A stretch of 64,000 bases of DNA from positions 4,154,001 through 4,218,000 of the forward strand of contig OZ234493.1 in assembly GCA_965153455.1 (NCBI GenBank), in the 5' to 3' direction. This document shows, in pieces, positions 26,401 to 37,713 of this stretch. Numbering within the stretch: position 1 is the stretch's first letter; each line of letters starts with the position of its first letter. Below the pieces are notes generated by a model, which ran no database searches, had not been told where the DNA came from, and worked only from the letters and a program-made list of their open reading frames with translations. Origin of the DNA: Sphagnum compactum. Its lineage: Eukaryota. The position numbers and the translations under genes are program-made.

Positions 26401-28294
26401 TGTGCACATTTGATAGTTTTAAAAGTGAGATTAAAGGTTAAAAAATGATAATGAGCTCAAACACTGGTGACTAATGCAATGTGTGCACATATTTGTATAC
26501 AAAGTCATGCCTATGATTTCAAGCACTTGTTTGTGAACAATTCTTTGTTGTCATGTTACATGGAAGAGGTTAACGTCATGTCTTTAGGTGCCTGTTGAAG
26601 GTCCTACTATTGATGCACATAGGTGGGAACATTATTAACATGCACATTTTTCATCATTAATCACAAAACTTTTGAGGATAAAAAATATAAAAAAAAGACT
26701 ATTGAAAAGATTTTTTGGTCCAAATAATATTTAAGTCTCACCAAATAGTAGCATATTGTTTCATGCTTCCATTGAAGCTGTCTAATAATAACATTAGAAT
26801 TTCCAATAACAACACTCAACAACATTGAGCTTTTCAAAAACGACATTCAAGAAAGAACATCAATTTTTACACAAGTTTTTAGAGGTTGACAAACATTGCT
26901 TCCACCCTAATGCAAAATACAAAGTACAAAACGTAAACCCTAAACCTTCATACTAGGTGGAGGAATACCAATGTCATCGCAAAATGTCTAAATAGACACT
27001 TACATGGTAGGGCTTTAAGTTTGAGTATTGTTTTTGGGGTATTTTTGGTATTTGCATGAATCTAATTAGCCTAAAAGGTTTATTCATGCCATTTAAAACT
27101 AGGTTGCAACCTTATATACCATATTGATGTTGGCACCTTGCTTGCAACTAGTATTGTTTAAATTAATATTCATGTAATTTAACGCAAGTATTTAGTCAAA
27201 TTTTTTTTTTCAAATTTTTATTGTAGACAAAGGTTTGATTGTTCAAAAGAAAATTTAGCCAAATTTGGCTATAAACCAAATATGAAAATTCAAAAAAGGA
27301 TATTTTTATATTCGTGGCTACTTGTTGAGGCCTTTTTTTGAATTACGGGAATTATTTTCTTTGAAATATGGCAAATTTGGGTCAATTTTTTTCATGAAAA
27401 ATACTTTCTATTAGTGAAAATTTAAAATCATATTTTCAGGTTGAAAAATAATAAAATAAAAATTTCCCCTCCCCAAAAATACTATTAATAATAATTCGAC
27501 TATATCACAAGAAATAATGTTAACAACAACCAAATTGGTGTTTTTTTTTTTTCTTTTTTTCATTTTTAGCACCTAAAATTTAGCAAGATTTGTGGAATTT
27601 ATATTTGAAAAAAAATTCCGAAAAATTCCCAATCTCTTTGTCGAAAAATGGCGAAATTTCGCCTAAGAAAAAAAAAGAAAAAAGAAAATAAAAAAAGAAA
27701 AAAAACACTGAACCGAATTCACCGCCAAAATCTTATTAAGTCTTTAAAGGTACCTGCATCATGGATGATACAAATTTCTAATGAAAATGGATGAATGAAG
27801 CCACAGGGAAGAAGAAGAGAGAAGAAGATGAACTCTTGCTTCTTCGTGGATGAAGAAAAATCTTACGTGCTATTAAAAGATCTGGTCTGTGGGAAAGTCT
27901 TTCTTTCCGGAGGGGAAGAACGCCCCGGTCGAATGATACCGTCGGATGAGAGGTCGGGGAGGATCTGTGTCGTTGGAATGGAAAAGAGTGAAACATTTGT
28001 GTAAAAGATAGTAGGGGGATGTAGCATCGCGGCACGTGACAGCAGCCGCGGTGACAGTCGAGGGAGCGGACTTGCAGCAGCGGACTTTGTCTTTCGTCTG
28101 CATCTCTCCTCTTCTGCGACTTCCTGCACTCGGCTGCATCAGACATCGTCTCGTGCATCTTCCCCCTTTTCAAACCCAAAAAACCGCTCCTCTTTTGCTC
28201 CAGAATTGAGAACAATCGAGTAACAAACAAACAAACAAACAAACAGGCAGCAAACAGACAGCAAGGGTGCTGTTCTGTTGTTGCAGTGAAAGAA

Positions 28295-31200
28295 ATGGAG
28301 GCGCCTTCTTCGTTGTTGCAGCGACATGGGTACACTCTTCTCATGCATTCGTCGCAGCAGCAGCAGCAGCAGCAGCAGCTCCACTCTCAGCCCCCGCCGC
28401 CGCCGCAGCAGCAGCAACTACAGTACCAGCAACAACAACAACAACAAGTGCAACCTGATAGTCACGGCTTTACCAGCAGTGGTGGTGCAGTAGCTGCTGT
28501 CAGCTTGAGTGGCCAAAAACGCGACAACTCTGGCGTACCTCTTCTTCCTCAACCTTCTCAAGGTATGTAAAACCCTCTCTGTGTTTTTTTAGGGTTTAGG
28601 GTTTAGGGTACTTTGCTGAAGGATGTTGTTGTTGAGAGAAAGAAAACATGGGTTGGTTTTCAAACTTGAACCCCTCCATGCAGTCTCTCTTTGTAACGTT
28701 TTAGTGCCTTATCTTGCAATGGAATCTGCTGGGAAGAAAAGTGGTGAAACTGTTTTAGGGTTTAGGGTTTGTCTGATGAGGATCTCTGGCACAATTTCCT
28801 TTCTTTCACTCTCGGATTTCCCCTTTTTTTTCATGCTTGCTCATTTGTGTCGCTGTTTTGAACATTGCCACATCTGAAACTGGTCATGGTCTCAGTTGTA
28901 TTCAGCTCGACCTAAACCTGTAAATTCGGATGTTTGCTATTGTTCAAAACTGCTGCTGAATTTTTCCTGCAATTTTTAGGATTAGGGTTGGTGTCTTCCC
29001 CTCTTCTTCTTTCTGATTTGCTCTGGTATGTTGCTAGACGGAAATTCTCTGCAAAACCCTATGAGGTCATCTCTCCATTGTTATTATTATTATAATGGAA
29101 GATTCTATAGTTTGCTGGCCACTTATATCAGTGAAAAGGCTGGTGGGAGTACAGTACATGATGTGGGGCATAATTTATGTATGTGTGGAGTGTGGCTGGA
29201 TGCTGATCAAATTTGTTTCAAATTTCTCTGCTTGTCTGATGTGAAATTTCACGACATGGACAAAGTTGGTTCTCACAACCTCATTGTTTACTTCAGACTC
29301 TGCAGATGGAGTGACATTTGTTAAACTCTTTGTTGGTTCTGTACCACGAACCATTTCTGAAGAAGAGGTACAGAACCCTTCCAATTGTTGCTATTCAGAT
29401 GAGCCAATTTATATTTTTAGAGAAGCATGTCAAACAAGGTGCAGCAGGGTCATTCATCATTGTATTCTGCTGCCCTGCTATGAACCTTTACAGAGTTCAA
29501 CTTGAAGAGGAGGAACACTGTGTTTGCAGTGCATTTGAATTACCATGGGACTGTTGGTACATGGTTAAACTTAAAGAAAAGTATTGTTTAGGGTTTAGGG
29601 TTTTCGCAAGACCTTCTGATGGTGTCATGTCAGAAACTTTTGCAGGTGTGGCCTATGTTTGCAGAGCATGGGAATGTTCTGGAAGTAGCAATCATCAAGG
29701 ACAAGCGCACTGGGACCCAACAAGGTATGTCTTTTGCCGTTCAAGTAATTCTGGATAGACTTGTATATTTTTGGATCTATTTTTTTGTTTCAAATTCTTT
29801 TTTCAGACATCTTGCTGAGTATGCAAAGATGAGCAGGCCTGGAAGAATGTAGGCATATGCTAAATATTAGTTCTTATTTACAGCTAGTCTGTAATTTTTC
29901 ACTTAGTGGGCAAACTAAGTGCTGACCAGGGTGTTGGTGGGGGATATGTTCGCTAGGACCAAGGCATGTATCATTAGGATGGATTAGACTTCAGTTTGGA
30001 CTGCAGTGTAGGCCAGTTTGTTTGTTTTAGACTTCAGATGAGAGAGCCCTAGTCTAGTAAAGATTCTCCAGGCTTTGCATATCAATAATACTCCATATAA
30101 ATGGCAACAATGCCCATGTTGAGTCCCAATCCCCTCAAATGTGTATGTGCAGTTGAAAACTATCATGTGTTTGGTTGGTGTTTGTTGAGTGGGTGTGGCT
30201 CATTTAAGTGTGAACCGGATAACCCCTTTTTTGCCTTTTATGCCTGAGTAATAGGATGTTTGAATCAAACTTGTTTGAATGTTGGCAAAAAGTTATTGTC
30301 TTGTGCAATAGCAAAGTCTCCTGGTGATTGTCATGTGATGTTGGCCATTATGATTGTGAATGGCATCAGACTTATTCTCATGACAACTCATGTAGTCATG
30401 TATGATGCAATCAATGTCCTTCATTCCAATTTAGGGGTGTGGCACTACTCCCCACAGTACATATGTTTAATTTAACACCTGAAAAGAGACACATGGTGAT
30501 TGCAGCTGCCTAGATTTATCCTTAGTTTTGATCTGGTGGTAGAAGTACATGGGAAAAAAGATCTGGAGACTGTTGCTGGGAAAAATGTTGTGGCCCTGGG
30601 CCCAAGATCCATGAAATGGTGCTGGGTCCTGTACTATTCACACCAACCTCTATTGAGTGAGTATTGCCAGTGTGTTGTGAGGCTTGAGTATGTCCAATCT
30701 CACACATAGTTCCTCCAATTTGGAATACTGATATCTTTGAATGGATACCCAAATGTTTGAGGCTCTCCACATTGCCATTATCCTGCATGTTTCTGCAATT
30801 TTCTACTCACATCAGTATTGGATGCAGACTCATTTGTCTGTGTGAGCTATGTGTGGGAATCTTGATTGGTTTATTCCAGAATCAGTCTACGGTTATGTTT
30901 GTATTGACTTGTCTCAGTGAATTAGCTAGATTTTGACCACTATCATCTGTATCGATTCTCATACAGCTTATGGTTGTAAGCTTCATTCCTGTGTTTGTGA
31001 TTTTGATTTTTTTGGTTGGTTTCTTTGTAGTGGATGTGCACCTTGAAGGAAATGTGGATGCCCATGTTTGATGCTATAATTTGTGAATTTTCTTGAGTTG
31101 GGAATTCTTGTCATTGTCACTACATAATGTTTGTCAGTCAGCCAATTAATGTGTGAGCTCCTGGAAAGCAATTTTGCAAAAACTGTTCCTTCATGTACTG

Positions 31201-34200
31201 GATCCTAAACCCTAAACCCTCATAATCTCACCAGATTGTCACAAACACCCAAGTTTGTGGGTCATCCAGTTCATATATCTGTTTTGGTAGTTACAGAGCT
31301 GCAAACATGATTGTCAGTCAATTTTCAGATTTTCAGCTGTGAAACAGATCTTTTAAGTAATGAAAAACTCAATGCAATTGACAGGCAATTGTTTCTGCTA
31401 TTTCAGTGTGCATTCAGAAGTGGGTCTTCATAATTTTTATGTTCCTATAGCTGGAGGTGGGAACTGCTTGCATGTCTTTGAGAATTAGGCTCTACTTCAT
31501 GATTCAAAAGTGTTCATTTTGCAGGTTGTTGTTTCATCAAGTACAGCACAGTTGAGGAGGCAGAGAGGGCCATAAGGGCTCTTAACAATCAACGCACTCT
31601 ACCAGGGGTATGTTGTCTTAGGTTTTAGGATTTAGAGTGATTTGGACAAAGCTGTTTGTCATTGGATATCTGTTAGTTCTTTGTGACCAGGTTCAACATC
31701 ATACTGCTACAACCTCATGTTTCAGAAATGTCCCTACAATCAATGATGAGCCTCCAGGTCCAGAAACATCAATGGCTATGGTACAACGTTAGACTTGAGC
31801 ATTGTGAGTTCAACTCATAGTGCTGCTTTGTACTTCTTCCCAGGGCACGGGTCCAGTACAAGTCCGTTATGCCGATGGAGAGCGTGACCGTCTTGGTAGT
31901 GGTCCTGCATTACCTTTCTGTAAGAAAAAGGTTTTGATTGTGACATCAATATTGCTATTTGTATAAACTTCCGCTTTCAATAGACATAAACCTGCATTGA
32001 ACATTGGCTGTAATAGCTTGTGTTGTGCAGAACTGTTTTACTATGTGGGAAGCTCAGGCTTAAGAGTCAAAGGTCTGCATGAGTAACTTGGTCAAGTAAG
32101 AAATTCTTTTTTTGCATTATGCGGTCATGTGGGTCTTGGATTTACATGGATCCTGTCAATTTTGACTTGTGGTAGGTGCTGTGGAGCATAAATTGTTTGT
32201 GGGTTCTCTCAACAAGCAGGCTTTAGAAAAAGAAATAGAAGAGGTAAAGCTCAAACCCACTATTGCAGGAGCATCAAGTGCTTGCTTGACCCTTTTCTCT
32301 GTAGCGACAGAGTTATTTGCTAGGTAATGCATTGGCATGCCTATTAGCCTTTCATTGGGTCCCATTTCCTGCCTTCCACTGGGTCCTAATTTGACTACAG
32401 AAGTGAGCCCTATCAATTTTCTGAAACCGAAAGCCAATAAAAACGAATGACTGTGACAGATATGTTCATGTGTGGTTGCAGATTTTTTCTCCATATGGAC
32501 GAGTGGATGATGTATATATCATGCGTGATGAGCAGAAGCAGAGTCGAGGTCTGTACTTGTGCCCATTTCTAGCTTTCAGAATCTTGATTGCAAAATTTCC
32601 AAATCAGTTGAAAATGGGTTTGCTTTATTCAAGATGATTTTGTTTGCATGATGGTTTTGTTCTAGTCTTCAAGCTGGGATTTGTCTCTGAAATAGTGTGT
32701 TGGAAAGAGATTCCTGGGGGGATTTGTGAAGGGGGTTCTATGCCTGCTTTGTTGTAGGTGGAGAGCAGAAGTTACTGTACTCAAAGTTCTGTGACCAATG
32801 TTACTGGCAAGGCAGAGCTAGATCCATCCATTTTGACTTTATCTGGAGATGATTGCAGGTTGTGCCTTTATCAAGTACCCACAAAGGGAGATGGCACAAG
32901 CAGCAATTAATGCACTGAATGGCAATTACACAATGCCTGTAAGTTTTAGACAATGTTCTGAAATGTTTTCTTTAGCCTGTGCTTTCCATGAGCTATTATT
33001 GAACTCTGATTTTTATATTAGAAATAAACATGAAGTGTCCAGGATGTGTAAGTAGGTCCTTTAGCAATGTGTCACTCTCTGTTGGTATTAGGCCAGTCCG
33101 AAGAATGTGCTAACTCTGGGAACCCCCTCTTATTCCTGTACTCAGGGTTGTGATCAGCCGTTGGCTGTACGATTTGCAGATCCCAAGAGACCCAAGGGGG
33201 TTGATGCCAGGTGTGTCCTAAATCGTATCTGTGTTCTCCTTTTCGGGTAATTGGGTAGTCAGGGATGGCATTGAATTTCTAGTTCCGTCTGGGTATGATT
33301 ATGAGTTTCTAGTTTCCATCTGGTGATGGAATGAAAGTTAAAGGGAGTGTGTGTGATTCATACTTGGATGGCAGAGTTGGTGGTCCTGGTGTTGGGGGCC
33401 CAGGCTTCAGTCCTGGACCGGGACAAGTGACAGGAGAACTGAGGTGTGTGGTCCAAAGTGAAACTGGCAGGGTATCTCCTCATTCTAGGTCACTAGCCTT
33501 GCAATCATAAAGCACACCGAGATATTCAATTCTACAGCTTTTCTGTGTTTTGGAATAGGACTATGCAGCAACCGCAGATGGGATACTTGGCTGCCCAAGG
33601 TCCACCAATGGGGTGGAGACCAATGAGTGGGCCAGGTGTTGGACTACCTCAACCTCAAGCAGGGCCATCCCCATATGGAGCACTTGTGGGACCGAGAGGA
33701 GGAGGCTCTGTTATGGGCGTGGTTACACAAACTGTACGTTCCCGAATCTTCAACAAGTCAGTGTGTGCATGCATCTTGTGAATTCAGATGGGTTTGTTTG
33801 TTCAACCAAGAGCCTTTTACAAGTCTGTTGTGACCATATTGTGCTTGACTGTGCAATTTGAACCAGGGATATTGTGAGGAAAGAATTCGTTCCCATTCAA
33901 GTTTGTTTTCTCATGTTGAGAGACAGAATCTAGGGTTCACACTTGATGGGTTCATGAGGTGTTGTAAGTAAAGCTTTTGATTTATGCAGGGTGGTGTGAT
34001 GGTAGGGCCTCCTACTGTTATGATGAATGGCCATCTCCTCCCCCAAAGTGTTCCAGTACAAATGGCTGCTCCAGGAATGCTGCTACCTCAGCAACAGGTA
34101 GGTGGCTGTGCTACTAGACAAATGTGCTGTACTTCTGTATGGTCTTCCTTCAGTCTGTGGGCTTTACCCTAGGTTTCGTGCTCATGGACCCACACCTATA

Positions 34201-37200
34201 GTTGTGTCTCTGCTTCCTGTATGTGTTGCAAATCTTCTGTGTTATGTTATTAGACCTCAGAGATTGTGTGCTAGTGTGGTGGTGGTAGCTATTGCTATGT
34301 TCATTCCTGAACACCTTTCATGGTCTGGAAACAAGTCAGGGATATTACCAGCTCCCTGAACAACAGCTGCAGCAACAACCGTATGCAGTCCAGCTACCTC
34401 AGCAGCAACAACTGCAACCGCAGCAGCAGCAACAGCAGACCTATGTTCAGATCCCCACTTCCCATCAGCAACAACCTCAGGCTTATGGCCAGATGCAGGT
34501 TTTTTTTCTTTCCTAATTTTGTGAATGGCTTTGAATTCTTGCTACCCAGTGTTTTTGCCCGAATGATCAGATGCTACATCCACCACTTGTTTTTGTTGTT
34601 ATTATTGGTGTCAAAGTCATGAAGAGTTGTGGTCTTCTGCTGTTGCCATCTCTTGTGAAATCATCAGGAGTTCTTGTGGAAACAGAGCATGAGAGGTCAC
34701 TTCTAATTTATTGGAGTTGAATATTCCAGTTCAAGAAATGTTTTTGATATCTATGTGATTGCTTGATGGGTTTTTTCAATTTTGTCAGGTCCCTTCATCA
34801 CATCCACAAGTGCAATCACAGCAGCAGCAGCAGCAGCAAGTGGTCATGCAATTTCAGCAGCAGCAGCAGCAACAGGCTTCTTTGCAGGCTGTGCCTCAAC
34901 AAATGGTGCACACTCAATCCTTCCAGCCTAGCCAGGCCCAATCTCAGCCCCAGCCAGTGCAGCAGGTTCTTAAAATCACTTTGCACTTTTACACTCTTCA
35001 TGAAAACAATTGCATAGTACTTGCTGTGTTTAGTGAGTGAGAGGAATCATTCTGTTCTTGAGAATTGTATTACCAGTCAGCAGAATTCTCAGCTGCTTAC
35101 TGTACCCATATCTGCCTTGTTTTGGGTGGTAAAAAGTGCTGAAGTTGAATGCCAGAAGAGAACCGTAAACCGTAAACCCATTACATGTCAGTCCTAGCAT
35201 CTAGTAGGAATTGTTCAAAAGCAGATGTGCAAGCTGATTGACGGGCCACAAAGGTCCTTAGATACTATGCTATGCTACCGATGACTTACATGAACGTCAG
35301 TGGTATTTGCAGATATATTATCAGATCCCTGTTGTCCAACCTGTGCAGCAGCAGCAGGTACTTTTTTTACCAGGTCTTTCTATGTCGATGTCTAAGACTG
35401 TTATTCAATATGCTGCCTGATCATATGTTGATTTCATCTCTATGAAACTGAATAAAATGTCAGTCCAATTTTGGCACTTGTATTCTCTTGTGCAGCCAAC
35501 TTGGGTACTTCCTGTCCAGCAGCCACAAACAGTTCTGGCTGCTGTGACTGCTCGTCCATCACCTGCCAAACCAGCAAACTGTGACTGGACTGAACATACT
35601 TCACCTGAGGGCTACAAGTACTATTACAATAATGCCACTGGGGAGAGTAAGGTAAGTACCACTTCATTATTTGGTTGTCATTTGTCTCCAGAAAGGAAGA
35701 AAGTGTTGGAAAAAATTTCACCACTGCATTCCCCATCCATCTTTTCATCTTCTTAACATCTTGAAGAGGATCACCAATCTTGATTTTTAGTTTTTTTTTT
35801 CATGATGTATGGCAGTGGGAGAAGCCAGAGGAGCTAATTGCTGCTGAGCAACAGGAAAGGCAAATCCCAATTGCTGCAGTCACTGTAAGTTGAGCCATCG
35901 CTTGCAGCAGGTCAAGATTGTGGCAAGAGTTTGTTATCTGTTGATGACGTGGTCAGTGAGTGACTTTTTGGTGCTCCGTGTGAGATATTCAGAGAACGGC
36001 ATTTGCACATTCCATTTTGTTGTAGTGGGTAGTTGTACCCATGTGAGTCTAAAAGAGACATGACTGAGCATTAGAGTGGGTAATCCCTGTATGTATCAAA
36101 AGCTAATGTATCAAAGTTGTTTTGTCAACTTCACAGCAACAATATTCTGGATCTGCTGTTGGGTCACAGCATCCAGTCCAGGTACTTACATTGCCTTCAC
36201 TTGTAACTTGAAGTTTTGTTGTAGTCTTTTTATCCTGCTACAGCATCTAACAATGCGTGCTGTGGTTCCTCTAGGTATTGAATTACAGTTGGCCACAATC
36301 CAGTAATGGGCTTGTTGAACAGCCTAGGCAACAGGTACAATTCAAGTTTTGGGTGTGTCAGAATTCTTGCTGTTTTGATTCATGGATGTACATTGTTCCC
36401 TAATTGTAATTTCCTGCCTCTTGAGACTACTTTGCATCACCAAATGCAATCGTTTTCCATGTGGCCAAACAAAGACTGTCTCGTGAGATTGGCTTGGTTG
36501 AACCCATTTGTCAAAAATGAGAGTCGGTGCTGGGGATCTATCACCAAAATTGGGTAAATAACTTCCAGCTTCTGAGCCCTGTTTGAAAATTACAACTAGC
36601 TGAGACAGGACTTCTGAAGACCTAAAAGACCGCTTTTCATGCTCATGGACTCCACTTTTCTCAATGTGGGGGGTCTGATGGAGCTCTATGACATTGAACA
36701 GCATATGTTGAATACCCTCCACCACATGCAATACTTGTTAGAGGAGCATTGCCTGATACAGCAGTGGAGGGCAGTCTGTCTGCCTTGCTCATGCCGAGTG
36801 TGGTAAATTGCAGGGACCCCCTGGTGCCAACTTGTTTGTGTTTCGAATTCCTGATGACTTCACAGATGAGAACTTGAAAGAAACTTTTGCCCCTTTTGGT
36901 AATCTTCTTCTTTGATCCTCTTGCTGTGAGTGAGGGGACACTGGTGACTGTGGTGTTAAAGAAGTGGTCAAAAAAAAACATCACCACTTTGACTGAGCCT
37001 GCACCATCACAAGTATCTTAAGGCAACCCCCTGAACATTTCTTGAGAAGTCAGGTCTCTCTCTCTCCAGGCAGGCAGTGACTGACTCCCCTTCGCCGCCC
37101 ACCTGATGAGATATGATTGAGCCATATCCACATCTGCCCCCACAGAACGTCTCTGATAAAGAGCAACATGGGTGTAAACGTTTGAGTAACTTAGGTCCAA

Positions 37201-37713
37201 GTCTTCTTGTGCTGCAGGTAATGTCATCAATGCAAGAGTGGGTGTTGAAAGGGAAAGTGGCCGGAACAGGGGCTTTGGGTAAGTTGTTCGATTTTAACTA
37301 TCAACAATTTGACATATGTAACTTGGGTCTAGGGTCATGTTCCATTGTTGCTTGCTGTTTCTGACACTAATTCTTTGCTGGTTTCAAGGTTTGTGAGCTA
37401 TGACAGTGCAGCATCTGCAGAATCTGCCATACAAGGTCTTAATAATGTTCCTGTAGGAGGTCGGAGGCTCAAGGTACAACATTAACCAGCTCACTCTTTG
37501 TCCCTTTCACTTGTGTTCCTAGAAAACGGGAATATAAGTATTCTGTGGAATTGTAAGTTGGGATGCATGGTCTTACTCAAGAAAATTAAAAGGACTGAGC
37601 TAAAGGCACTGACTGTTATTGGATGTTGTGTCTGGAATTTGTGGCAGGTTGAGAGGAAACGAGGGGAAGAAAATGGAATTCAACAGGCTTATCAACAGCA
37701 GCAGGCTTACTGA
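28295..37713 (+). CDS. FCA: FCA-like RNA-binding protein: RRM1-RRM2, Q-rich region, WW domain and an additional CELF/Bruno-type RRM3
   Basis: 23 exons, GT-AG introns, frame-consistent: 28295-28562, 29297-29367, 29646-29724, 31525-31607, 31844-31895, 32176-32243, 32482-32548, 32859-32938, 33146-33210, 33375-33443, 33559-33733, 33990-34097, 34340-34498, 34789-34965, 35313-35357, 35496-35651, 35816-35884, 36137-36181, 36275-36334, 36814-36898, 37218-37278, 37389-37473, 37648-37713. FCA hallmarks: VKLFVGSVPRT, IKDKRTGTQQGCCFIKY, KLFVGSLNKQA, GCDQPLAVRFADPKRPK, and WW domain [28 protein letters not shown]. RRM3: GPPGANLFV...RGFGFVSYD...GGRRLKVE. The small Q-rich exons are less certain. Confidence 0.92.

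Noticed and set aside
27778-28417. Several minus-strand ORFs up to 188 aa
   Set aside because: They overlap the GC-rich promoter, 5' UTR and CAG repeats of the FCA-like gene and have no recognisable domains.
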